A DNA stretch of 64,000 bases from positions 774,927 through 838,926 of the forward strand of contig JAEWOE010000006.1 in NCBI GenBank assembly GCA_023460995.1, in the 5' to 3' direction. The notes below the pieces were generated by a model. It was not told the DNA's origin. It was given only the letters and a program-made list of their open reading frames with translations, and made no database searches. Below are positions 18,879 to 28,730 of the stretch, piece by piece. Origin of the DNA: Bacillota bacterium (lineage in GTDB: Bacteria; Bacillota_I; Bacilli_A; RF39; UBA660). Positions within the stretch are counted from its first letter, which is position 1. Each line of letters opens with the position of its first letter. The translations under genes and the position numbers were made by a program.

Positions 18879-19991
18879 ATGAAAAAAGAGGGATTTACAT
18901 TAATTGAACTATTAGCTGTTATTTTAATTCTAGGTATAATTGCTTTAATTGCTATACCAACTGTAAATAAAATTATAGAACAAAGTAGAAAAGGAGCCTT
19001 TGAAACAACAGCTAATAATGTAGTAAGTGCAATAGAAGATGCTTGTCAGCTTCAAACACTAAAAGGTGAGACATTAACAACAACTTATACATTTAGTGAT
19101 GGTGATGTGTCACCAAGCTTAAATATCAAAGGATCATTACCAGAAGAAGGAACAGCAACAGTAGACTCTAGTTGTAATGTGACTTTAAATGTAACAAACG
19201 GAACATTTACAGCTACCAAAATATCTACAGAAGATACGGTAACGGTAGTAGAAGGTGGAGAAGTACCAGAAACACCGACAACATATACAGTATATGCTAA
19301 TGGTACAGCAGTATATTTCAATCCTGTAACTGGAGCAAAATGTACAGCAGGTTAAGCAGTAAGCACAACAGGAACTAAAACAGGATGTATGAAATGGTAT
19401 ACATTTAATGATGGTGGAGAATCTACTGATACCATTAACTTGATATTAGACCACAATACAACAGTGTTAGTAGCATGGAATTCTACTGGAAGTAATGTAA
19501 GTGGCCCAACAAACGTAATGACACAGCTTCAAACTGATACTAGTGCTTGGGCAGGAGTACCAACAAGAACAGATAGTTATAGTGTAAGTAATGGAACTGC
19601 TACTTATACAATAAATTATAGTACATATAAGGCTAGACTAATAAAGGCAGCTGAAATAGCTACAATAACAGGAAATAGTAGTTTTGTAGAGGCAACAATG
19701 CCAAATACAAGTTGGTTTTATTTAGACAGTAATAATCAAACACAAACAGCAACTACTACTGGAGCAAGTAATTATGACTGGTTATTTGATTATACAAACG
19801 GATGTACTGGTTACGGATGTAATGTAGCTGATGCAAGTAACTATGGGTACTGGACATCTACAGCTGTCTCTGGCAATACTGGCAGCGCTTGGCGCGTGTA
19901 TAGGCGCGGCTGCTTGGACAACTACAGCGTAGACAATTCGGGCGGCTACGGTGTGCGCCCAGTTATAACTATCTTAAAATCTAATCTCTAA
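18879..19991 (+). pseudogene. Modular pilin-lectin (paralogue of 15818..16927) interrupted by an in-frame TAA at 19353..19355
   Basis: GGT TAA here where the paralogues read GGA GAA or GGT GAA (Glu); the rest of the frame, including the DUF1566-like domain, is intact. Confidence 0.7.
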
Positions 19992-20104
19992 AATAGAAAT
20001 AGTGATTAAATAAAGAAGATATTATTTGTGATATGGAATTATAAAAAGTAAAATAATCACATTGAACTGTGATATAATATTTAACAGAAACTTTAGGGGG
20101 TATT

Positions 20105-21202
20105 ATGTTTAATAACAACACTTTTTTTCATAACAAAATAACAGAAGTAAATAGAAATGAATTACTAAATCAATATACTGAAGACATCATTAATAAATTA
20201 ATTAGATATAATATATTTGATAGTTTTTCATCTAAAAAAGAATTAGATAAATGGATATTAGAATTAAATTGTTTAGAAGTTAAAAATATTATGAGTTTAA
20301 CTATAGAACCCAATAATATAAAATTTGATCCAGTATTATTAATAAATAAGAATTTATTAAATACTATAGATTATAATAAAAGAGTTGAAGCATTAGTAAG
20401 TATAAAAAATGCTGATGGTTGGTATCATTTATTTGATAGAATGTTAAATCTTGAATTTTTATATAGTGATAAGTTTTATCAAGATATTGAAACAATGAAA
20501 AAAGCTAAAAGTGCTCAAATGTCACTATGGATAATTGGCGAACCAACTTTTATTAACAGTCCTTATCATGATGAAGATTTTGAATTATTAGTTACTTCAA
20601 AAGATACAAGTGGTAAGGGTTGTGATTATCTTGTATGGGATGCTATAGCTACAGTAGCAGAAAATTTCGATTCAATTAATAGTGATTATCACAAACAAGA
20701 TTTGAAAACTATAATTAAATATTCTGGTGCATGTCTGCAAGGATCACATACTTATCCGGAAGGTTCAATAAATAATTTAGCAGTTAATTCAATTTCGTTA
20801 AAAGATAAATATCATTTAGAAAATATGGAAATATTAGCTAATAATACAGAGATAGGAAATTTTTTATATGCAGTAATGACAAATCAAGATGCAGTAAAAA
20901 GAAGAGATTATAGAAATATAATAAGAGAAATGGTAGAAAATAAAAACAATATAAGTTATGTATTTTTAGTATGTTATTATGCAGTAGGTGAAAAGGAAGC
21001 TACATCCGCTCAAAATTTTTGCTTACATAATTATTTCTATGAAATAAAAAATGATTATAATATAGATGAATTACTTAAAAAAGTTGATGAAAGAATTAAT
21101 GTTATAAATGGTGAATTTAAAGAAATAGTGACGTATGAATTAGAATGCAATCAACCTGCTAAAATAAAAAGAAAAGGTTTTAAAAGATTATTTAAGAACT
21201 AG
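20105..21202 (+). CDS. Hypothetical cytoplasmic protein (365 aa)
   Basis: ORF only, no recognisable motifs. Confidence 0.45.
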   Translation: MFNNNTFFHNKITEVNRNELLNQYTEDIINKLIRYNIFDSFSSKKELDKWILELNCLEVKNIMSLTIEPNNIKFDPVLLINKNLLNTIDYNKRVEALVSIKNADGWYHLFDRMLNLEFLYSDKFYQDIETMKKAKSAQMSLWIIGEPTFINSPYHDEDFELLVTSKDTSGKGCDYLVWDAIATVAENFDSINSDYHKQDLKTIIKYSGACLQGSHTYPEGSINNLAVNSISLKDKYHLENMEILANNTEIGNFLYAVMTNQDAVKRRDYRNIIREMVENKNNISYVFLVCYYAVGEKEATSAQNFCLHNYFYEIKNDYNIDELLKKVDERINVINGEFKEIVTYELECNQPAKIKRKGFKRLFKN

Positions 21203-21297
21203 TATTACTTTAAAATACTAATTAATACTTAATAGTAACTTATTTAATATTACTTAGTGTTGTTGTACATTGAATTTAATGCAATATTTAAGAAATT

Positions 21298-21322
21298 AAC
21301 TAACATAAATGTTAGTTTTTTT
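21298..21322 (+). terminator. Terminator family copy 5 (AACTAACA-TAAA-TGTTAGTT plus T7)
   Basis: Hairpin plus T-run. Confidence 0.7.
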
Positions 21323-21421
21323 GTAATCACAATGAAAATACAATAAATGTTAAATAATATGAATGGTTATTAATAATTAATTAATATCATTTTTTATGAT
21401 ATAATTATTAAAGGTGGTAGA

Positions 21422-21958
21422 GTGAATAATAAATTTACTAAAATATTAAAATGTAAGAATTGTGCCTTATGCAACAATCAGTTACCTCTACTGGATAATG
21501 CTATTTTAGGAGACATTATGTGGGTTGGATTATCAGCAAAAAAAGTAACTGATATATCAATTTCAGTGCCTCTTGAAAATAATACTAACAGTGGAAAAAT
21601 TATTGAACAGATTGAACAGCAAATACCAAATTATAATTTTTACAAGACTAATTTGTTGAAATGTCTTCCACTTGATGAAAATAATAAATTAAGATATCCA
21701 ACTGTTAATGAGATGGATAAATGTATTAAAAATTTAATATATGAAATAGATATAATTAAACCTAAATTAATATTTTTGTTAGGTAGAAAAACATATAACT
21801 ATGTCTATAAGTATTTTAAAAATAATAATTTAGATGCAAATAATATTTATTATATAGAGCATCCATCATATATTTATGTTTATAGGAAAAAACTTATAAA
21901 TGAGTACATTAGTAAAATTGTAGAAATAATTAAGAATAATAATCATGGAGGAAAATGA
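21422..21958 (+). CDS. Uracil-DNA glycosylase family 4/5-like protein (GTG start)
   Basis: N-terminal CKNCALC (Fe-S Cys cluster typical of family 4 UDG); C-terminal HPSYI motif; AAAGGTGG RBS. Confidence 0.45.
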   Translation: MNNKFTKILKCKNCALCNNQLPLLDNAILGDIMWVGLSAKKVTDISISVPLENNTNSGKIIEQIEQQIPNYNFYKTNLLKCLPLDENNKLRYPTVNEMDKCIKNLIYEIDIIKPKLIFLLGRKTYNYVYKYFKNNNLDANNIYYIEHPSYIYVYRKKLINEYISKIVEIIKNNNHGGK

Positions 21959-21961
21959 TAT

Positions 21962-22525
21962 ATGAAAATAATAATGGCTACTAAAAATCCAGGCAAGATT
22001 GAGGGTGCTAAAAAGGCCTTTTCAAATTATTTCAAAGATATAGAAATAGTAGGAATATCTGTATCTTCTGATGTGAGTGATCAGCCTGTTAATGAAGAAA
22101 TATATTTAGGTGCAAAAAATAGAGTTAAGAATGTTAAACAATATTGTAAAGAAAATAATATAATAGGCGACTTGTATATATCGGTTGAATCGGGTATAAC
22201 TAATCAAATATGTGATTGGATGATTGTTAATGTTGCAGTGATTGAAGATAATGAAGATTTTAAAAGTTATGGAACTAGTCCAGGATTCCCAGTGCCACAC
22301 AAATATGTTGAAGATATAATTAAAACAGAATTAGGTACTGTGATGGATGAAATATTTAAAAAAGCAGATTTAAAATCAAGTATAGGCGGAATTAGCATAT
22401 TAACACATGAAATAGTATCAAGATTAGATTTGACGGAAATGGCCTTTGTAATGGCATTAACAAAATATATAAATAATACTATATGGAATGATAAAAAAAT
22501 AAAACATCTTGATTTAATAAGATAA
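21962..22525 (+). CDS. YjjX-family inosine/xanthosine triphosphatase
   Basis: MKIIMATKNPGKIEGAKKAF...VSDQP...GAKNR matches the YjjX N-terminal signature (VCATTNPAKI...SGVPEQP...GARNR). Confidence 0.6.
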   Translation: MKIIMATKNPGKIEGAKKAFSNYFKDIEIVGISVSSDVSDQPVNEEIYLGAKNRVKNVKQYCKENNIIGDLYISVESGITNQICDWMIVNVAVIEDNEDFKSYGTSPGFPVPHKYVEDIIKTELGTVMDEIFKKADLKSSIGGISILTHEIVSRLDLTEMAFVMALTKYINNTIWNDKKIKHLDLIR

Positions 22526-22632
22526 AATTAATAGAAAAAAGTTTATATACATTAAAGAAATAAGTAAATACTATGTATTAAATAGTGTAAAAAATCTTAT
22601 ACTGACAATATAATGCAAATAATTTAATGATT

Positions 22633-22656
22633 AACTAACAGAAATGTTAGTTTTTT
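22633..22656 (+). terminator. Terminator family copy 6
   Basis: AACTAACA-GAAA-TGTTAGTT plus T6. Confidence 0.75.
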
Positions 22657-22756
22657 AATTTTTATGTTGCAAATAACGACAAAATTTAGTATTATTATCC
22701 TAGAAAGAACTAATACAGAATAATAAATAAACTTGCTAAATAATATGGAGGTTAAA
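22657..22756 (+). promoter_or_regulatory. Conserved promoter plus 5'UTR cassette, copy 3
   Basis: See 15728..15817. Confidence 0.6.
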
Positions 22757-23854
22757 ATGAAGAAAAAGGGGTTTACCCTAATTGAACTATTAGCAGTAAT
22801 TTTAATATTAGGCATAATTGCTCTAATTGCGATACCGGTAGTAAATAAAATAGTTAAGGAAAGTAAAAGGTCGTCATTTGAAACAAGTGCAAGAAATATA
22901 ATATCCGTTGCCGAGGATGAGTGTCAGATACAGTCATTAAAAGGTGAGACAGTTAATAACACTTATTCAATTAATAATGGGGAAATATTCCCATCATTAG
23001 ATATTAAGGGAAAGTTACCAACTAGTGGTTTAATTACATTAGATTCTGAATGTAAAGCTTCATTAGGAATGACAAATAGTACATTTACTGCTACTATGCC
23101 TAGTAACTCTAGGGAATTAACTATCATAGATGGAACTTATGATGTATATTCAAATGGAACAGCTGTATATTTTAATCCTGTATCAGGAAATACTTGTTCA
23201 TCAGGTGAAGCAGTAAGTACTCCAGGTACATACTCTGGATGCATGAAATGGTATGCTTTTGGCGATAGTAAAATTAGTGATACGGTTAATTTAATACTGG
23301 ATCACAATACAACAACTGGAGCTGTGTCTCCATGGAATTCAAGTGGTAGTAATTTGATTGGTCCAAAAGAAATATTAGTAAAACTTAAAGAAACTACAGC
23401 AAGTTGGACGGGAGTTCCATTAAGATATGATAGTTATACAGCAAAGTATATACCAACAAATTATAAAATAGATTATAGTACATATAGAGCAAGACTAATA
23501 ACCGCTACTGAAATAGCTAGAATAATAGGGAATAATACATTTGTAGATTCAGCTTTACCACATGCTTCTTGGTTTTATTTTGATAGTAATAATCAAATAC
23601 AAACAGTTTCATCCCAAGGTGGGAGTGCTTATAAATGGTTATTTGATTATTTAAGTGGTTGCACAAGCTACGGTTGTAATATCGCAAACGCAAGCTGTAA
23701 TGGTTACTGGACAGCTTCAGCAACAGGAAGTGAAGATTATTATAAATGGGGTGCTTGGTATGTTAATGGACAAGGTACTTTAAATTATGGTAATGTTGTT
23801 ATTCCTGTTATGGGAGTTAGACCAGTCATCACAATTTTAAAATCTGAACTATAG
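22757..23854 (+). CDS. Modular pilin-lectin paralogue (prepilin N-terminus plus DUF1566-like C-terminus), more diverged and AT-rich throughout
   Basis: MKKKGFTLIELLAVILILGIIALIAIP; C-terminal ARLITATEIARI...YWTASATG...GVRPVITIL. Confidence 0.75.
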   Translation: MKKKGFTLIELLAVILILGIIALIAIPVVNKIVKESKRSSFETSARNIISVAEDECQIQSLKGETVNNTYSINNGEIFPSLDIKGKLPTSGLITLDSECKASLGMTNSTFTATMPSNSRELTIIDGTYDVYSNGTAVYFNPVSGNTCSSGEAVSTPGTYSGCMKWYAFGDSKISDTVNLILDHNTTTGAVSPWNSSGSNLIGPKEILVKLKETTASWTGVPLRYDSYTAKYIPTNYKIDYSTYRARLITATEIARIIGNNTFVDSALPHASWFYFDSNNQIQTVSSQGGSAYKWLFDYLSGCTSYGCNIANASCNGYWTASATGSEDYYKWGAWYVNGQGTLNYGNVVIPVMGVRPVITILKSEL

Positions 23855-23879
23855 TAAAAATTTATATAATTAATAAAAT

Positions 23880-23926
23880 AAATATCAAAACTGCGCTTTA
23901 GTCGTTTTGATATTTATTTTTTATTT
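23880..23926 (+). terminator. Rho-independent terminator (ATATCAAAAC...GTTTTGATAT plus T-run)
   Basis: 10-bp inverted repeat after the stop. Confidence 0.7.
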
Positions 23927-24045
23927 AATTGAAAGTTGATATAACTAAATATTTTTTTATATAATTAATTTGACAAAATAATAATAACGGTATATAGTAT
24001 AGCCCGATAAATGAATTTATTATCTAGTTACTACATGGGGGTTAT

Positions 24046-25077
24046 ATGAAGACAGATTTTATTATAGGCATTTACGGTGATAATAGTACTGATATAGAAA
24101 AGCTTGTTGAGACAAGTTACAGTGGTTGTAAAGTTAAGAAAATAAAAAAGTTAGAAGATTTTAGTAAGTACGAACTTTTAGAATATCCGGATATAATTTT
24201 TTTACACAATACCGAATTAACTACTGAATTAATAAATACAATAAGATTAACAGATAAAGGAATAGGTTCAGCTATTTTTTGTTTAATTTCAAAAACAAAT
24301 GATAGTTATATTTATTTTGATACAAATCTAGTTTATAGGGATAGTTATTCAGAGTTTATTGAATTAAACAAGGATACTATAGTTGAAATTATAGGCAAAA
24401 TGATAAGAAAAAATAAGATTCAGTTGTCTGTAACAGATGCAAATACTGAAATAAAAGATTTAAAAGTCTATATAGATATGATTAATTTGTGGGACAGCTA
24501 TACAAAAGGTCACTGTCTTAGAACACAAAGATATGCTACATTTATAATGAAAAAATTAAACTTAAGTCTTTCTGAAAAGAAAAATATTAGTTCAGCAGCT
24601 TTACTTCATGATATTGGAAAAATTGCTGTTAAAAAAAGAATTTTACAAAAAACTGATAAGCTATCGAACAAAGAGTTTGAGATTGTTAAAAATCATTCTT
24701 TATTAGCAAGCCGTTATCTTCCAGGAAAACAGTTTAACTCTATAAGAGAAATGATTGTATCCCATCATGAGAGATATGATGGCACAGGTTATCCACATAA
24801 CTTATCTGGTAAAGAAATTCCTTTAGGTTCTTACATCATTGGAATTGCTGATGCTTTTGATGCAATGACAAGTGCTAGAGGTTATAATAAAGTAAAAACT
24901 TTAGAAGAAGCTAAGCAGGAGTTACTGCAGTATTCAGGTAAGCAATTTCATCCAGAGTTAGTTAATATATTTATTGATATTATTGATAATTCATCTAGAT
25001 TTCAAAAATATTTTAATTCACAACAAAAGAATGCTGGACCAGACGAAATACTAACTTATAAAAAAACGATTCGTTAA
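24046..25077 (+). CDS. HD-GYP domain phosphodiesterase with an N-terminal degenerate receiver-like domain
   Basis: HDIGKI...HHERYDGTGYP motifs; N-terminal ~140 aa resembles a REC fold without a clear phospho-acceptor context. Confidence 0.7.
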   Translation: MKTDFIIGIYGDNSTDIEKLVETSYSGCKVKKIKKLEDFSKYELLEYPDIIFLHNTELTTELINTIRLTDKGIGSAIFCLISKTNDSYIYFDTNLVYRDSYSEFIELNKDTIVEIIGKMIRKNKIQLSVTDANTEIKDLKVYIDMINLWDSYTKGHCLRTQRYATFIMKKLNLSLSEKKNISSAALLHDIGKIAVKKRILQKTDKLSNKEFEIVKNHSLLASRYLPGKQFNSIREMIVSHHERYDGTGYPHNLSGKEIPLGSYIIGIADAFDAMTSARGYNKVKTLEEAKQELLQYSGKQFHPELVNIFIDIIDNSSRFQKYFNSQQKNAGPDEILTYKKTIR

Positions 25078-25212
25078 ATTAATGAATCGTTTTTTATATG
25101 ACTATTATATTATCAATTAAAAACTAATTTATACTGTTTACCTATTTTGACAAAATAATGTGCCTATGTTAAAATATTGGCGAATTTAAAAAAACGAAAA
25201 CAGGGATGATAG

Positions 25213-26145
25213 ATGAGTAATGAGATAAGAGAATTCTTGAAAAATACAAGTACAAGCAATAATAAAGTGAATTTTATATTATATAAATTTTATTTAAAAC
25301 CTTCAGAAGTACTTGGTAGTAGTGAAGAAAATACATTAAATAAATATTATTTATATGGGAATATAAATTCTTTAATTGTTAATAATGAGTTTCTTAAATT
25401 CTTACAGTTATGTCTTAGAGATGAAGAGTTTACTAGTAAATTAGATAATGTATTATTAAAAAAGATTAGGTATATTTTGTTTGATAGTAAAGAATATATA
25501 GAGAAATACATAAAAGATTTAACCTCACCACAATTCAAATCTTTTCTTGATGGAGAAATTCCTTTACCTAATAAGTACCGTAAGAAGTATAATTTTTTAG
25601 ATATTTATGCTCTATCTGATCTATATAATAGAATAGGTTGGATATATAGTTTAAATATAACTAGTAAAGATATTAAAAAATATAATAAGTATTTAAATAA
25701 TGAACTTATATTAACTGTTGATTTTAAAGAGCAAATTTACTATGAAAGATATATTAAACCAACTGAAGAAAGACGAAATATTTTAAATAGGATATCTGAA
25801 GATGATTATGAAGATATTGATTCTTGTTTTTTAAATTTATATGATGGCCATTCTAGAAAAATTTTCCCACATATAATTTGCGATAATGAATTTATTAGCG
25901 CAGTTGAGAAAAACTTACTTCATAAAGATTTACCTAATATTATAATAAAAAATATTATTGATATTTTAGAAGTAAGTATTAATTTTAAAACAATGAATGA
26001 TTGTTATGCTGATTTCGAATTATTATATAGTATGTTAGATAAGAAAAAAATAGAAAGTTTTAACCACTCTAGTGCTTTAGCACTAATAGATAAACTATCT
26101 AAAAAGAAGACGAATCCAAAACGTAAGAAATTTAAATTATTATAA
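25213..26145 (+). CDS. Hypothetical protein (310 aa)
   Basis: ORF only. Confidence 0.4.
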   Translation: MSNEIREFLKNTSTSNNKVNFILYKFYLKPSEVLGSSEENTLNKYYLYGNINSLIVNNEFLKFLQLCLRDEEFTSKLDNVLLKKIRYILFDSKEYIEKYIKDLTSPQFKSFLDGEIPLPNKYRKKYNFLDIYALSDLYNRIGWIYSLNITSKDIKKYNKYLNNELILTVDFKEQIYYERYIKPTEERRNILNRISEDDYEDIDSCFLNLYDGHSRKIFPHIICDNEFISAVEKNLLHKDLPNIIIKNIIDILEVSINFKTMNDCYADFELLYSMLDKKKIESFNHSSALALIDKLSKKKTNPKRKKFKLL

Positions 26146-26154
26146 TTTATTTAA

Positions 26155-26190
26155 AACAAAAAACTGCAATATTTGCAGTTTTATTTTTCT
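26155..26190. terminator. Bidirectional terminator (AAAACTGCAAATATTTGCAGTTTT) between convergent genes
   Basis: Perfect palindrome flanked by A/T runs on both sides. Confidence 0.7.
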
Positions 26191-26837
26191 TCTATTAAAG
26201 ATTCATGTATATCTTCTTCTTTGTTATTAAGTTCAACTTCTTCAATTCTATCGACACGACATTTTTCAGCCATAATTATGGCTTCAACTTTGCTAATAGC
26301 TAAATCAATTTTATCATTAACAACAACATAATTATATTTAGTAACTTCATTTATTTCTCTATATGCCGTCTTAAATCTTTCAAGTATTTTTTCTTCACTA
26401 TCAGTATTACGACCCATTAATCTTTCTTTTAATATCTCCATACTAGGAGGCATTATAAATATGAATAAAGCATCACTAATTTTATTTTGTATTTCTATTG
26501 CACCTTGTATATCAATTTCTAAAAGAACATCTTTTCCAGTGTTAAGCATATTAGCAATTTTATCTTTCGGAGTACCATAATACTGTCCACTATGAACAAC
26601 CGCATATTCTAAAAAGCCATCATCTTTTATTTTCTCTTCGAATTCTTCTTTTGAAACAAAAAAATATTCAACACCATTTTTTTCTTCACCTCTAGGACTT
26701 CTTGTAGTCATAGAAGTTGATAACCATATATTTTCATTTCTTTCTTTTATACTAGAACATATGGTTCCTTTACCTGCTCCAGAAGGCCCTGATATAACAA
26801 TCAAAATTCCCCTTGATTTTGTCTTAATAATGCTCAT
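26181..26837 (-). CDS. gmk: Guanylate kinase
   Basis: P-loop GPSGAGKGT; guanylate kinase fold; AGGTGG RBS before the internal ATG (MSIIK). Confidence 0.8.
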   Translation of the reverse strand: MSIIKTKSRGILIVISGPSGAGKGTICSSIKERNENIWLSTSMTTRSPRGEEKNGVEYFFVSKEEFEEKIKDDGFLEYAVVHSGQYYGTPKDKIANMLNTGKDVLLEIDIQGAIEIQNKISDALFIFIMPPSMEILKERLMGRNTDSEEKILERFKTAYREINEVTKYNYVVVNDKIDLAISKVEAIIMAEKCRVDRIEEVELNNKEEDIHESLIEEK

Positions 26838-26957
26838 GCCTCGCACCACCTTTTTAATGTTATAACATATTATCTCATCTAAATCAAGTCTAATCTTAAC
26901 TTTACAGATTCTTTAAAACATGTTATACTAACCTAATATTTTTAGGTGGTGTGTAGT

Positions 26958-27896
26958 ATGGACAAAAAAAAAATAGTAGTTTACACAGGAGTGGTTTTTT
27001 TATCTATTGGCACGCTTTATAGCTTTAAAATGAATAGGGATGTTAAATTTATTGAAGCAAAAAATATAATGGTTAGTGAAAGTAATGTTTCTAAAGTTAG
27101 TTTAGTTGCCCATAGAGGTTTTTCTTCCGAAGAAGTAGGAAATTCTAAAGAAGCTATTACTGAAAGTGTTAACTCTGATTACATTTCGGGAATAGAGTTT
27201 GATGTCAGGCTAACAGAAGATGGTGAGCCTGTTCTATCACATGGTGATAAATTTAAAAATAGTGATAATGATATAAGAAGAATTAGTAAAAGTACATTAG
27301 AAGAACTTAGTAATACAAAAAGTAAAACTATAAACAATCATGAAAGTTTTTGTAATTTGTTAAAAGATCTATTTTCTATAACTGATATGTCATGTATAAG
27401 AATGCAAAGAATGAATAGCGTTGGTAAAAAAACAGGAGCTTTTGTAACGTTAGATGAAACGATGGAAATAATAGATAATCAAAAAAGGATGTATATAGAA
27501 CTCAAATTCAATAATAATTACAGTGAACTATCTAGTAAAGTTGTCACAATATTAGAAAAGTATCCAGAAGCTGATTTTATTATTCAATGTAATAATTATG
27601 AAGCATTAAAAAAAATGCAAAAAGATTATCCAAAATATAAGTATCAAATAATAATTAATGAAAAAAGTGACCTTGTTTATTTAGATGATGACTTTGATGG
27701 TTATGCTATAAAGTATACTTTAATTAATTATGAGAAAATAAAAGACAAGATAAAACAGGGAAAAGATATTTCAATATGGACTATCAATGACTTAAATGAT
27801 TTTGATAATATAATTAACTATATGGGTGATTATAGTCAAAGCGTTAATTATATTACTGATTACCCAGATTGTTTAAATTACCAATATACTAGATAA
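26958..27896 (+). CDS. Glycerophosphodiester phosphodiesterase family protein (membrane-anchored)
   Basis: N-terminal TM; VAHRGFSSE...EFDV GDPD motifs. Confidence 0.6.
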   Translation: MDKKKIVVYTGVVFLSIGTLYSFKMNRDVKFIEAKNIMVSESNVSKVSLVAHRGFSSEEVGNSKEAITESVNSDYISGIEFDVRLTEDGEPVLSHGDKFKNSDNDIRRISKSTLEELSNTKSKTINNHESFCNLLKDLFSITDMSCIRMQRMNSVGKKTGAFVTLDETMEIIDNQKRMYIELKFNNNYSELSSKVVTILEKYPEADFIIQCNNYEALKKMQKDYPKYKYQIIINEKSDLVYLDDDFDGYAIKYTLINYEKIKDKIKQGKDISIWTINDLNDFDNIINYMGDYSQSVNYITDYPDCLNYQYTR

Positions 27897-27956
27897 TCAA
27901 AATTTGACAAGTATGCGAAAAGTGCTATAATATGAAGCACTTAAGGGGGTACAATC

Positions 27957-28646
27957 ATGCGTAATTATGACTTAGATCGTGCGGCAAGTAAAGCACGTAG
28001 TATTGATTATGAAACTGATATATCAAGAGCTAAAAGTTTAGCGTCTGATATTCATTATCATATTAATAGTGCAGATAGTTATATTATAAGATTAGAGGAT
28101 GACTTATCAAATGCTACAAGAGAAGCAGCAGATGAAAAGAAAAAAAATGATTTACTTGAAGACGAAAATGCAAGATTAAAAATAGAGTTAGAAAAAGCTA
28201 ATATGTTAAATGATGCATTAACTGCTAGAATTGCACTTAAAGAAATATATGGAAAAAGTGGAAGTGAGTGGTATTCTTCTGAAGGATCATCATTAGCAAG
28301 TAAAATTAGAAACTCAGTTAATGAATTTGAAAATAACAATGAAATTGACATAAGAATAAACGATGTTACTCATTTTAACTCAGCATATGAAAAAATTGAA
28401 CTGAATAATGAAAGTTTCAGAGAAGAAAAAAGAAAAAATACAGCAATTGCTTTTATAAAAATAGCGGAAAATGAATTAACAATGGAAGCTGTTTCAAAAG
28501 CTAAAGCAAAAATAAGTTTAATTCAAAATAATAATATTAAGAAAGCTTTACTTGGTGAGTTATCTAGTATTGAAAGAAGAATAAATTCTAGATTAAAAAG
28601 ACAAGAAGTAGTGAACGGTATAAAAAGCTTAATTAAGGGAAAATAA
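27957..28646 (+). CDS. Hypothetical coiled-coil protein
   Basis: ORF with strong RBS; heptad-rich sequence. Confidence 0.4.
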   Translation: MRNYDLDRAASKARSIDYETDISRAKSLASDIHYHINSADSYIIRLEDDLSNATREAADEKKKNDLLEDENARLKIELEKANMLNDALTARIALKEIYGKSGSEWYSSEGSSLASKIRNSVNEFENNNEIDIRINDVTHFNSAYEKIELNNESFREEKRKNTAIAFIKIAENELTMEAVSKAKAKISLIQNNNIKKALLGELSSIERRINSRLKRQEVVNGIKSLIKGK

Positions 28647-28730
28647 AGGAACTTTATAAGTTCCTTTTTTATTGGTCTCATTTGTTGTATTTTCTTATTA
28701 ATTAATGCTATAATTAATTAAGGTGATAAT

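Noticed and set aside
14170-22656. Possible CRISPR array, from six copies of a short palindromic repeat
   Set aside because: The copies are 1.3-3 kb apart and separated by full genes. Each is followed by a T-run and sits at a gene 3' end. This is a repeated terminator or REP-like element, not CRISPR. No cas genes are present.
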